A stretch of 64,000 nucleotides of DNA, taken from positions 412,317-476,316 of the forward strand of contig RHPI01002262.1 in the NCBI GenBank assembly GCA_009103225.1, given 5' to 3'. Shown here in pieces: positions 33,846 through 47,052 of the stretch. A program made the translations under genes and the position numbers. The notes under the pieces were generated by a model. The model saw nothing but the letters and a program-made list of their open reading frames with translations. It did no database searches and was not told the DNA's origin. The stretch's first letter is position 1. Each line of letters starts with the position of its first letter. This DNA is from Chlorokybus atmophyticus (Eukaryota; Plantae; Mesostigma and Chlorokybus algae).

Positions 33846-35029
33846 CGTTTATTAAGTATCAGCCGTTCGATCTGTTAAATGTAGATCTCGACCGTCCAAA
33901 GCACATCCCCACATCATGCAACTGCTCACAATATATGCGAATAAATATCAATAATGAGCACAACGTGCACGATGCCCATGCCGGCATATTGTTGCAAATG
34001 GCCCATGTGATTTGAGATGTAACACACTTATCTAAGGTGGCAAAACAATATCTCTGATGTGTTGCAATATGAAGCACATATGTTGCGGCATGAATACATA
34101 TGGTGCAATTTGGTTAGCAACAAGTGTTTCAAAACTTACTATTCAATGTAACGTTCACGCCAAGGTATGTGCTATAATACTCAGCAAGTAATGCCGAGGT
34201 TACAACCATTAAAATAATGCTAACCTGAATTACCTTGACGTTAAGATTAGACTAAACAAAAAATTGCATCGTTAGGCCACCATTTGGTCACGCATGATAT
34301 TGATCAAATGGGATCGCAACGGTGACAACAGCCGTTGCTGAAAAAGGCAGCGAAATGGCCAATCATTGCAAAGATGCGTAAAAGATGCTGAAAACTATCT
34401 CAGCGGCAACTGCTGACCAACGGCGACTCAACATCGCAAAAGATTCGGTACAATTGCAGCACAGTTAGTGGTTAAATCGGCCGCGTTTTTGGCGGTACGA
34501 GGTCGGGGCAGGCCCCATACCCCAAAGACATGCCGCCACTACTCACCCTCGTTTTAACTAATCCACTCTACCATGTAATGCTAATTGATTACACGCTATA
34601 GTTACTGCGTCATCAAACATGGACAACAGCTGAACTACACTAACCGACTTAACCGTGACAGCCGGGGGGCCGAGGCGGGAGCCCCAAGCGATTATTCAGG
34701 GTGCATTCAGAGCCGCCGATATACATTTGGCTGGTGTGGCTTCATCCTGTGCGTGGGTTTGAAGTGTACATCATTGCGTGTCACCACATGCGACTGTTGA
34801 CTGGTGTTAGATCTTGTGGTTACTACACCGTCGCGGGGTGTTATGCTTTGTTGCTGCAACGCACTATGATGCGTGTATAGCGCGTGTCAGTCTGCTGTTA
34901 ATGTCGCTTCGTGGCTGACACGACGCTGATGTGTGTGGTTGTATGTTGATTTATGGTTTTTGAGCGGTGTCACTTGGGAGCTTGGTATGGGTTGGTGGTG
35001 GTGGTGTGGGCGGCGGCGGCGGCTGTGGT

Positions 35030-35534
35030 GTGAGAGATGGCGGGGGACGGTGTGACGCCTGGTAGTGTAGGGGAGCAGGACGCGGGGGGGGGAGGGGGGG
35101 GAGGGGAGCAGTTCGTAGCTACCCTTGCACGCAGCATGTACGGGGTTGTTGAGGGGTTGTATGCTGCTGGACGGGGCCGATGGGGGCGCTAGAATGGGGG
35201 CTTGCCTCTTGAGGACGCTAGGTACGAGCAGCATGTGATCCGTGCCCTGGGTTGCTGCCTCGACCGTGGCCTGGAGGTGCATGTTAGCATGCACGAAGAT
35301 CGCGCGTGGCGCAGCGGGCCTGGCGCAAACCCTGATGCGCAGTCGCCTATGCTGCCTCTGATTATGTGTGTGGATGTGGGGGGCGCCGGTAATCCTGTGT
35401 TGCGGGTGCTCCTGGAGACCGGCCTTGTTCGCCGCTGGTGGTTGAACATGTTTGTGGGACGTGGCGCCGATCTTGCAGCTGAGACTAGCTGGGCGTCAGT
35501 TGCTTCAGGCATACTCTCCTTTAATCCTTTTTAA
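35030..35534 (+). pseudogene. Possible second, convergent ORF inside the Academ element; unknown product
   Basis: Frame reads QFVATLARSMYGVVEGLYAAGRGRWGR*NGGLPLEDARYEQHVIRALGCCLDRG...LSFNPF with one TAG; no family recognised; 5' boundary approximate. Confidence 0.35.
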
Positions 35535-36191
35535 GGTTTCCCTCGGTCACAGCAAGGTGAGTTCTTGATGTTTAAAGGGTGCGGATGTCTCATTTGCACT
35601 GTTTCCTCGTGCATTGTGTGCGGGCCTGATGGTGTTGTCTTGTCCTGTGTAGGTTCATTCGTGCGCGCGTTTGTTACGAGCCTGTATAGTGCGTCACTCT
35701 GCTGGTACTTGTGCGTGTGACGAACCACTGGAAGTACTGTCGTGTTGATTGTGTGGAATGCAATTGTACTGTTGTGTTCAGATTGGTGGGCACTCGGAGT
35801 GTACAATGTGTTCATGCAACAAGGTTGGCATTGCCTCACACAATGCTGCTTTACCAAGGGTCCAATTGAATGTCATTCGATTGCATGCTATCGTGTCCTA
35901 CGCTGCTGGAGTCAGACTCTGAGTGATCGGAGTCCGAAGGCTGGTTGCTCTCAACATGGTTGGTGGTTTGGGGCAATGGCGTTAACATCTCGTCGTTCCC
36001 TTCCCCATCGCTTGAGTCACTGCTGTTGCTGGTCCATCCTTGTGTGCTATGGTCGCTATTGGGTGTCTGTGTGTACATGGGTGTACCTGTTTGCATGGGT
36101 GTGCCTGTTTGCATCGGTGTTCCTGTATTGAAACTGTGGTTAGCATATTGCATGTAGTCACCACGCTGTGGTGGCATGTACCAACGTGCTT

Positions 36192-39100
36192 TTAGTCACC
36201 TGCTGTGCGCAATGGTGGCTCTCGAACGGGTGCATGTGAGTTGGCATTGAGGTTGTTGCTGCATGACAAACATGTACAACTGCTGGTGCAGCATACCCCT
36301 GCTCTCTTGCATTTGCATTGGTTGTTACCGCACCCATTCTTTTGGCAACCACACCCGTGGAGCAGCAGGCTTCGTTGCTGTCTTGCCATTGCCATGTTTT
36401 CTGGCGTGTCCATCTCTGCCTTGTACATCCCATCTTTCAAAGTGTACTCATACTCCTCAAGATCAGGCATCTGCATGTCGCTGGAGCATGCTTGCATCCA
36501 CATGCCGAACACCCAAACGCTGCGCAGGCAATGAAGGCGCAATGCCTCCACTGTTGGCATGCGGTCGGCTTCCTTCCAGATTGTATGCCAGCAGCCGTTG
36601 TGGATTGCTTCAAGCCATGCACGGATAGCCACGTGAGACTCCTTGTCCGCGCTGATGCCATTGACCTCTACAAAGAGAGCCTGCGCGGATGCAGCTTTCA
36701 AACAGTGGCGGTGCTTGATGAAGTACGCTGTACCCAAGAGCCTGAGGTACATGCCAATATCCTCGCTAATGTCTTCTTGCGTTGTGGAAGTAATGAAGTC
36801 GGTGCATGTCATGAGTGCCTCTTCCCAAAAAAAAACCTTGCTCATGCCTGCAGTGAAAGATGTGTAGTCGGATCCAGTGACTGCAAAGAACTTAAGCAAG
36901 TACTTGGCTCTCAACTGTGGGGGTACGAATCTGAGCTGGGGGAGCAGTTGTATGGAAGAAAGCAAAGTGTTGAGGTGTATAAACAAGGGTCTGCTGGTGG
37001 ATGCGCTGGACGTTGCAAGCTGGATGTGAATTGTCTTTGGCATTAAACTTGTGAGTTGCCAAGCCTCAAGCATTGCAAGGCCGATCATGGTTGTGTCTGT
37101 GTTTGGGCTGTGGATGAGGACGTTAGAGTCAGCGGTGCGCTGGGCGTGCACCCAAACTCTGCTGTCTGCCTCCGCATGGTTGCATGCATATGCATAGGAG
37201 CATGAAAAGACAAGGCCGGCAGCGGTCATCTCCACCACCCTGGCTGTGCCATCGTAAGCCTCAAGATCGCTGCCTCCAGCAATAACCAGTTGCTGTCCAA
37301 TACGGAGGTAAGGTGCCGCCAACTCTGGCAGCCTCTGTGTGTTGATGTCGCACAGCTGATGTTCCGCTGTCTGTTGCCCAGCAATGAGCGTTAGCTGCAT
37401 GGCATGGGTGTAAGAACGCTCAAGTATTCACTCTGACTCGGCTGTGCTGAGTCGGAGTCTCTACGTGCTTAAAGCGACGTCTTAACGCCAGTTGCATGGT
37501 TGGGGTCGTCGAATACGATGTGCATGGATCTCAACGCAGGGTTGAACAGTCTTGACATCACTGCAGCACGAAACATGTGTTCAACGTAATCTCCCAAGTT
37601 GTTGCAAGCTGGACCGGGTAGCATGTTGATTAAGAACATCCCCTCACCAACAACGCACTGCACACCATGGGGGAAGGTACGCAATTGGCATTTTGGACTA
37701 GCGTCTGCAAGCTTGGCCAAGCAAGCGGATTTGTTGCCTTTTCGCATCAACCCGTCCATTTCAAACAGTGCCTGAGGCACTTCCAGATACCGCGCTCTGA
37801 CTGTCACGGTGGGCAGGTCGTTCATTGCGAGTTGCTTCAGCACCAGAGTCTGCGCGCCAGATATCAGTCTTGAGTTGCAGCTGCTTTGCACATGTCAAGT
37901 TGTGTCTCTAACTCACCTGACTTCTCACAATTGCTGTGAGAGCGCGGGCAGCCTTGCCGTGCGCCTTTGGTTTGACCATTGTCTTCAGGTTGTGGCGCCG
38001 ATTAATCCTAGCTGCTGGCACACCCCTCTCAAAACGCTGGTTGCGGTTTAGCTCAAGTGAGTCACGCCCCACGTTGTAGTGGCGAGCTAGATCAGACGCT
38101 TCAGTGTCCGCTGCGACCTGATCACTCTCACCAAGTGCTTGTGTTGCCCAGGTAGTTCTTCCTAAAATGTTTTGGCAGTTCTAAGTACACCCATCATGGC
38201 AGCAACAGTCTTTTGTGTCTTGGCAGAGTCACTGACAGATTGGGCCCTCAATGGCTACATGCGTCTGCGCAGGTGTTGAGGCCTCAATTGCAACCGGAAT
38301 TGCTTCCAGCCCTCAACTCTGTAAGTACAATGTACTGTTTTCTCACGCATGCCATCAGCAGTCGGCCTAGACAGCGTCGTCTTGAGGTCTTTGTTGATGA
38401 GGGTCTCATGGGCCTCATTAACTGCAACATTGCTGCCGGGGGTGCCCTTCATTGAAACCGTGAAAGCCCCACCTTGAAGTGCCTCCATGACTGAAGGGGG
38501 GTACCCAAATGTGTCTGCTATGTGCCCAACCACCAAACGCTGATAGTGCGGGCGGTCCCACGCGAAGTACAGCGGGGCAAGCACCTTGTATGCTGCGAGC
38601 CTCAGGCCCCATTGTGCTGTGCGCATGGCTATGAAGAGGCCTAAGTAAGCGAGGCAGTCTCGCTGAGTGAAGGACCACCAGAAACTCCAGGTGAGATCCC
38701 TGGTTGCACGTAAGTCTCCATAGTCTTTGAATGCTGCGTAGTGCTCTGCAGCCATCACTTCGTCTACTTTGCCCTCTGATACACAAATCTCGCCACGCAG
38801 GCCGATACGCGCAGCCTCTGCGCTTTCCTGAAAGGTCAGTATCTGCTTGCGGGTGATGGCTTCAAGCAACTGTAGCAGCAGCGTGTGTGCTCTCTTCCAG
38901 TTATGCCCCTCAACTAGCTGGTTGCGTGCACTGGCAGATAATAACCCCGCAGCAAGCGCCATGGGCTCTATGCCCGCATCAAAGGAGTACTTGAACAGCA
39001 CGGGTAGTGTGTTTAGGCATGCATGCCAGTCTCTCACAAAAGGAACAACCCATTCCCAAAACACGGGGTCCTGCAGCTTCAGCATGTTCATGAGCGCCCA

Positions 39101-42100
39101 GGTCTTCTGATCACCTTCAACAAGCAAGTAAGTACTCCCATGTTGAACTTGCAGCTTTGATGCCAGCTCCATCTACGCAAGGCGCAGGTTATCAGGGCGA
39201 TCTGGGTTGTACGGGAGGAGGGGCAAGTATACAACATGACTCTGAACTGTGTCACTCATGCCACCATATTGATCCTACTATGGTCTTCTTCAGACTGCAG
39301 TTGTGTTGCTCTGGGCATACCATATGAGCCAGCATTGCTGCATGTGCGTGGTGCCTGAAATCAAGCCATGCCTTTTCTTCCGTAGTGTCATGGTGGGTGA
39401 CCTGAGAAGGCTGTGGGCGAGGTGGTCTGCGCACAGCACCAATCATGGGCGCGCGCAGTGCTGGCACAGATGGAGCGTGGAGCCCCCCCTCAGTGAGCGT
39501 GCGCCACCTAACATGTTGCGTGCCAATTTGTTGTGTCATTTCACACGAGCAGCATAACGCCGCGTCTATGGCCATCAATTACACGTGGCCCACCTGTACA
39601 TCTTGAGGGTATGCCGGAAGCTGGATGTTGCATATTGGTTGAGGAACAACCACTTATGTGGTGGTGCAATGCAGATCAGCCTCTCCTCGCCCATTGAACC
39701 GAAGAGAATGCTGTGTCTTAAAATCCCAATTATCAATTGACGCGGATACAATACAAAATTGCCACCATCGAGGTCAACTGGTGCTGGGTTGTTGATGACG
39801 ATGTCAGCACGCGCGAAGATGTGCCAGCACATCACATGAGGTTGATTTACATCATAGCACACACGCTTGCCACAGCACATGTGCCCATGTACCTGTTGAG
39901 TGTTGCCTTGCTGACACATACCGCCAGCTGATTCATCGCCTCATGCAGGACTCTTGAACTGCTCAGTGCATCAATGGCATCTGCCAGCGCCAGGTGCACT
40001 GAGGAGTAGGCCTTGCAGTTTCTAATGTACAAAGCTGTGGCGAATAGGTAAGATGTCTGCACTTTCAAGGCGTGCAGTCTTGGATTGGTAGACAAGCCAG
40101 AGGTGTCTTCACCACATGTTAGCAGTTTGTGCTGCATCACTCTCAACCCTAAGATCGCAGCGAACAGTTTATGCAGCTCCTCACCACTGGGTTGCAACAC
40201 ATCCACTTCGCAGATCAGGTACGAATGCAGACCCTAATTTAGCCCGCATGCGCGACTCCGTCATCAGCTTCTGCACGTGCTTCAGCACAGAGTTACTGAT
40301 GACAATAGGTGATGATGTTGATGATGCTGATTGGCTTCCTTCACTCACATGTATTGGAGTTTGCACTCTCCGCAAAAGACAGTTTCAGGGATCTGACCAC
40401 CCTCCCAATAGCAGAGTACCCAGTCGCGGGCTGGAGGTATGTGTGTGCAGCAAGGGTCCAAACACTTGCTTGCACATGTCCATTAGCTGCCTTTTGTTGA
40501 CACAAAAAGCAACAGCTACTTCGCCTAAGGAAAACAAGCATCGATAGGGAGCAGCTTACTAGCAATATGTTTCATGGCAGCATCCAAGGCGCTATCACCA
40601 GTCACATGCGATGCGCACAGCTTCCACTCGTGCAGCTGTTTTGGAGTTCTCTGCGTGCGACCAGGTGTGCCAAAGGTGGACTGTAATTGTCTCGTATGGC
40701 TAGATGTCCCGGGCATCCGAGGAGCACGCTGCGGGCCAGCTCTTAGCTCTGCAACTAGCAGCTCGTACTTAGCACCATCAGCCATGGCGTCAGCCAAACT
40801 GTTACAGGCTGTGGCACGATCACGTTCAACCTCTTCCATGTCCTTCCGCAGCTGCTGTTCATTGGCTTCATACAAATCCAAGTCCTCCATGGCCGCAGCC
40901 AGACTGCGCTATACCTCCGCACTTACACTGCGTGCAGCTCGCAGCTTCCCATCCAGCCTTGTATACTTAGCATCAAAGTCTTGTGAATACAAGATTAGCA
41001 ATTGGTTTCAAGTGCATGCACGCTGGCTGCGTGCACGCTGGCTGCATGCACTCATTTGCCCGCCCCACCTTTAGTGTTGCTTGAGAGTGCCTGTGCCTTG
41101 CCTCCCAAGTCTGCTTTGCCGCCTCATTCGACTGCAGCAACTCGTTGTATTGTTGTCTAGCAATGCGCTCCCTCTATACAGCAGTTGCTTGGGCAGCCTC
41201 AATGTCCAACGCACGCTGCTTCATCTCGACCAATGCTAACTCCAACTCCTTCACATTGCACAGTCAAGCCACTATCAGACACTGAACCCAGCAGGCCACT
41301 CTCTCTGTGTACAATAATAGCTTACCGCGCACACAGCGTGCAATGCTTGATTCTCAGTCCGCAGCAGCTCTGCCTCATCACTCAATGCATCAGAATCATC
41401 ATAGCAGGCACCCCAACACACTTATTCTAAGCTTTCAGACACATAAAGAGATGCGCCCTCAGATTCATAGCACATAGTGTAGACAACACAACACTGCACT
41501 CATCATCGCACACCTCCAACGCAGCTTCCTCAAACTGCCTCATTACACGGTTGTGAACTGGCTGTCTTGGCTGCTGCACATCACTTCCACGGTCTTCATC
41601 TACACATGCAACTCAAGCACTCAGCACGCTGTACAATATACACAATGCAGCGTGCCAATGTATCAAAGAGCAGTGTATTACAATCCACATAATAATACAC
41701 AATGTGCCCTTGTCATTTCTTACGTCCGAACCTCTTAATATAAGACAGTACACCTGCTGTTACGGTTGGACTATGAGCAGAGAACTGACTGGCTGCCGTG
41801 ATACGTGGCCCTACCACAGGGCCAGTTCTGTGAGACAAATTGATTTGTGACCAATCGAGACTGCTGGTGCTCGGCACTGCCTGCTGCACAGTCTCTGGAC
41901 GTGCTCCTATCACGGAATTGGCTCGCGGAACGGGCACAAAGCCCCCTTGCGCAGATGAAGCATGCTTGCATACGAGGACATCGCACACAAATACGATGAG
42001 TAACCAACACACATGCACATACCTCGCGGGTCCGCATGTACACCGTTTCAGGGATTGCTGTGTGCACAGATGCATGCTCAGCATCAGCTCGATCAGCTAG

Positions 42101-42700
42101 CGAGGGCCCAGCATCGTCGCCGAGATCATCATGCTCAGAGGATGGCTCGCTGCTGGCTGCGGCACGAGGATCATCAGCATTAATACCATCCTCCAGCTCG
42201 GCGGATGTTAGCACAGGCAGAGCTGCTCGCGGAGGTTTCCCTGCATCACCAAACTCCCCCGGATCACATCGTGCCACGCGGTTACAAACCCCAATCACAC
42301 ACAAAGCAATACAAATTAACACACAGGCTATATGACACAGCCACACCTCTATCCAGGTGAGCGTGTCATCTGAATACCTCTCCCACTTGCAACCATGCAT
42401 CAAGGCATGAAGCTGCACAAGATATAAAGACATCGTGTCATGCAGCTTGCAATCCCTCCTTACCGAACTCCACATCTTCTCCATGCGCTTACGATTAGTT
42501 TGCACCGACTTGAGCTGGGAGGCAGCATGAGCCTTGCGCTTGGCCTCTTCTTCGACAGTGGCCGGTGCTTTGCGCTTGGACTTCTTCTACTGCGGAGGGG
42601 CGGGCGTCTGCTCAAGCTGGTCAGACGACGGCCAGATGTCGCGCAGCGCCTGGCTACATGCCTGCCTACCTATCTCAACACGCATCACTTACAACATCAG
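36192..42700 (-). pseudogene. Academ transposase-XPG nuclease-Cys8 gene, multi-exon, with a few nonsense mutations
   Basis: SIDNWDF...HCTT (about 39730), YLPLLP...VEGDQKT...PFVRDWH..LN, FIAMRTAQW...YFAWDRPHYQR...GAFTV...NEAHETLINK, DGLMRKGNKS, GEGM...HIVFDD, NHAEADSRVWVHA, SPNTDT, GSDYTSF..GMSK, and C-terminal CGCQKNGCGNNQCKCKRAGVCCTSSCTCLSC. In-frame stops at 39654-39656 and 39173-39175. 5' boundary approximate. Confidence 0.82.
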
Positions 42701-43727
42701 CGCCGCCCAGCTGGACGTTAGCTACCCCGCCGCCAGACATGGCGGCACAATTCAAACAACGCCAGGCCTACTGATGCAAAGACGAGATACAACAACCGTC
42801 ACTGTTGATTGTAGTCGCAGTGGGTCGAGACACCACGCTACAACGCAGATCACCTATGACACGCGTTGGCAAAACCGCTGTCTCAGAGCACGCAACGACG
42901 ACAACGCAACATCACCTAACAACTACACGCGTTACATCTCGCCAGCCAGCACACGCGCAAGCACATCTAGACCGCCCACAGGTCCCCCACATCCGACGGA
43001 CCTCCCTAATGCAAAGCAAACCCCCCGCCTCGGCCCCCCGGCTGGTGACGAGATCGGACACTCTGTGCTAAACGCAGCGGCCAACGCGTCAGACCACGAC
43101 CGTTTGAACCTGAGTCAGCCACTCGGACCGCGTTAGGGCTAGATAAGCGATGCCCGGCTGCGAGCATTGACTGATGACTGCAGCGTGCATGCGTTTGCCC
43201 AAAGCCCGGTTCAGGGCCGAAACGACACAAGGGTCCAGGACGACCAAGAAAAAAATGCAGGTGCCACCTGCTTGCCTATCAGGCGGTGCCCTTGCTCAGC
43301 AAACTGTCAGCAGCAGGCTGACTCCAGGTTGGTGGGATTGGGTTTTGCTGACAGATGCCTTCTTTTGGCTGCCTAATCTTGCCAAGCAGCAGCAAAGTTG
43401 CACGTTTTTCTCAGCGCCAAATGCCGCTCACCCATGCATGCGGTCTTCGGACCGTCCTCATGGCTGCCTGCCTGACATGCAGTATCTTTAGAGATGAGGC
43501 TGTAGGTCCTGGCTCAAGTCATGATTCGTCAGCAGCGTTGCTGTTGACATTGCTAATGTCAACTCTCCAAGAGATGCGTAAGTGTGCGTAAGCCACAACC
43601 ACACGTACTATACATACCGTATGTTGGTCTCTGCTTCAGCCAGTGCGCTCTGGTCTCGTCTGTTGTGTTGGACTAGTTTGAGACAGCAGCAGCCCAGCCC
43701 AGCCAGAGACTCATCCAACAGCCAGCC

Positions 43728-44827
43728 ATGGCCAAGCTTGTCCTCTTGCTCGCCTTCCTCCTTGCCACAAGCGCCACCCTTAGTGGTGTCGTCCATGCGT
43801 CGGATCCCGACCCCACCTACGACCTCTTCGACCCCAACGCCCCCGTGGCCGCCACCTTCAATGGACTCCCTGCAGGCCCACACCTTGTAGGCCCTGGCGG
43901 GATGATCCAGCGCCTGGATGCCTCCACCTTCCCCGCACTCACGTACGTGTTGGTTTGCGTCTTCACTATTGCATCTTTCCTTGCCTGGATCATGACGCGC
44001 ATGTGGTACTTCACTTCTCTCATGCATGCTATCACGACGATGCATATGCACTATTTGACGTGATGGAGGCTGCTGTGTTTGACAACGCTGGCTCTGGTGC
44101 TGAGTTGATGCTTGTGTGAAGTACTCACTGCTGCGTTGGTTGACTGCAGGGGTCAGGGGCAGAGTCTCGCCCTCCTGACATTCAAGCCATGCAGTCAGAG
44201 TCCACCACACACGCACCCGCGTGCGTCCGAGTTGGTGTACGTCATCAGCGGTCAGATCACCGTCATGCTCATCGATACCTCTCGTAAGTTACTGCCCAAT
44301 TGCAAGCCAGGCAGACAGTTGGATGTTCCCAACTGTGCGCACACGTCACGTCAACCGTACATACGGTATGTGATGGTTAACAATTGCATGTATGTATGTG
44401 CAGTAAGGATGAGAACCAGCACGCTTCGCGCTGGAGATGTGGCGTTGAACCCACGTGGGATGCTTCACGTCCTGACCAACTTTGATTGCGAGGAGGGTGC
44501 GGTCGTTCTCGAAGCCTTCAACAGCCAGAACCCGGGCGTACTGGTCAGCAACATGCATACAACCAACCGTTTTTTGTGTTGTGTATGCCTGTGAGTGCGG
44601 TTGTAACACATCAAACTCTGCCCACGCAGCTTGCCACAGACTCTCTCTTCAGCACTCCATTTGACACCTTGTCGATCACGACGGGTCTGCCCATACGCAA
44701 GCTCGACAAGATCCAAACGTTGTTGAACAACACACTGCCTGGGGCCTTCCCTGCCGGTGACCCCGGAGTCTGCCACCGCGCCCAACACAACTACCCGCTC
44801 ACCTTCCCGAACGGTTATCAGGCTTAG
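43728..44827 (+). CDS. Germin-like/spherulin-like cupin, copy A (exons 43728-43942, 44150-44283, 44404-44543, 44630-44827; 228 aa)
   Basis: Signal peptide MAKLVLLLAFLLATSATLSGVVHA; germin box 1 PPHTHPRASELVYVISG; box 2 GDVALNPRGMLHVLTN; FNSQNPG; all introns GT-AG and phase-consistent. Confidence 0.93.
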
Positions 44828-47018
44828 ATTGGCATGGATGGGGGCAGTGCTGTGATGATCCCATGCCAATGCCTGGGCTCAGCAGCGGTGCAAAGGGTTT
44901 TGTTAATGGCCTCTCTAGTCAGATACACTGTCCATATTATTGGAATGCCTATACAACGTTTCTACATGTCACGGACCCCTTGTGTATTACATGTGCCATG
45001 AGATGGATAAAACGGGGAAATCTGCTGGCCTTTCTTCGCTGCTAGTTTGTTGGCTACTTGTTCCTGCAGTACAAACATCGTTACAGAACAGTTGTATCCC
45101 TTCTTGAATGCCTGCTTCACGTGATTCAGATCGCAATCGCAGTGTGTGCTGCGTGTGAACTCATGCATGCATGGCTCAATGAGCGCTTGTGGCTTACTAT
45201 TATTACAGACCCATGTATATGAGAGCATGCCATGCAGTGCGCTCATGAGCATATTCTTCTTACCATAACAGTTGAGAGTGACTTAGGCAGCTGGGTTGAT
45301 GCAACTGTGCAAGTCAGCACTACTCCACAGCAAAACTGGAACTTCTCTGTACTCAGGCCCTGAAAAGATGGATGTGGCTGCCACGCAACAGTCTTATGCT
45401 AACTATGACACAAACTTAGCAAGACAAGCAAAAGTCACACAGAGTAACACCGCAACTTTTGTGCAAAGCCTTTTGTGAAACAGATTCACAAATTTTCTGC
45501 TCGGTCTGCAAACTGTTGTATGCTAACAACACCGCCACATACAACCATGTCAATCGATGCACTTGCAATCAGCTTCTGTCACCTCATCAAGGCAGAAGTG
45601 CTGCCAGCACGAAGGGCACAGATGCAACAGTTATCCTCAGCAGTTCGCTTCCAGAAATCTTCGGATTAGGGCTGGTCATCCTCTATCAGTTTAGGCAGCC
45701 TCCTGCCATTGTATGACAATGGTCAACATCCTTTGCAGCAACCACAGCCCAAAGTCATGACATGTACGTACACTCTCACTCTTGCGCACACATGCATTCA
45801 CACACTTGCCACAGTCTCCTCGGACATCGCGCCACGGCAGCAGATTACCGTGTGCACATTCTCACCGTCAAACATCCCCGAGGGTGCCGAAAGCCACGTA
45901 CAGCATGGTCACAGTCACCAGGCTAAGATCTGCAGTGCACATGACACCAACATGTTGTTGTAAGCAGTCATATGTGTGCACTCACCTTTCACGTATTGCC
46001 AGATATGACACAGGCAGTGAGACAGATTGAATGATTACTCCAATTTGGTGGCCATTTGCCACTACAAACTACAAGCAGAAGTGCAGCTGCACGTCTACAG
46101 AAATGTTACCTCATAAGCATGGACACAAGCAATCATCAACATCACGTCTGTCAACGCCTTATGAGAAAAAGCATTCCAGGTTGTCACCTTAAGAGCTGAA
46201 CAGAACCTAACCTGCAGGAATGTCCAACGACAGCGTGGGGCACAATATTGCTTTTCCTCACGCTGCAAACGCAGCAAACCCTTGAGGGAAACCACCACAG
46301 CACGAGAATGCGGTACCTGTCGATTGACACGCTGCAAGAGCACATGGCAACTCGAGACATGAGCACGAACACTATGGCCAGCAGGGAGACCTAGCGCTAC
46401 GCGGGCCAACCTGACAAGAGACAACACGCTGTTCCTTTGCACAGTCACGCAAAAGCCCAACATGCAAAAACGGTCAGACTGATCGCCCTGTCCAGAATGC
46501 TGCTGCTTCTTGAATGCCACCGGCAGCACCAGCATGCCCGTGCCGAGCATACCCAGGTGAAGTACTGAACTATTTGTCCTTGCCCACATGGCCGTGATGA
46601 CTACTCCTTTGCATGTGTTGCCCTCTGCTCAACCCTTCCTTCCCGGTTGAGTAACCGAGCTGCGCCAATGCTTGCTGCTGTTTGCAGTATATGCTGGCAA
46701 TGAGAGTTGTTCACTAGACAACAACTGCCATGCTGTGCGTGCAGTTGTCACAAGTACTTCAGCACACAAAGCACTTCAGAATCAACATTAGCAAGTTGCT
46801 GTACTTCAAGCTGGAGACTGAGTGAGTGCTCACGTAGAGTCCTGTCATGTGGCATAGCGTAAGATGTTGCACGGCAATGCAATCTGTGTCAAGCAAACAG
46901 GACGCAAACTACAGTGCGAACGACTGTGAGTAGCAACACAAGTGGAGGATTGCGACCGAATCAGTGCGTCTCCACAACTGGACAAGGTTTGTGCCATCTC
47001 ACACCTACTGCATTGTGA

Positions 47019-47052
47019 TGTCAACCAGTTGCAAGCATGCAACTGGTTGACA
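47019..47052. repeat. Perfect hairpin, 15-bp arms, 4-nt loop
   Basis: TGTCAACCAGTTGCA-AGCA-TGCAACTGGTTGACA. Confidence 0.95.

Larger units (their letters stand above)
34659..43044 (-). mobile_element. Academ-superfamily DNA transposon (XPG/AcademX type), 8386 bp
   Basis: Perfect 21-bp TIRs CAGCCGGGGGGCCGAGGCGGG (34659-34679 and 43024-43044); 4-bp TSD GTGA (34655-34658 and 43045-43048); internal transposase + XPG-like nuclease + Cys8 gene. Confidence 0.85.

Noticed and set aside
36060-36130. 18-bp tandem repeats (and the 35-bp duplication at 55754-55823) as CRISPR-like arrays
   Set aside because: Two to three direct copies with no unique spacers and no cas genes; ordinary slippage duplications.
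34559-43141. Alternative Academ ends at TAATCC and GGGCTA
   Set aside because: No TSD and no extended complementarity; the 34659/43044 ends give perfect TIRs plus a GTGA TSD, and 43049-43140 belongs to the duplicated germin promoter.
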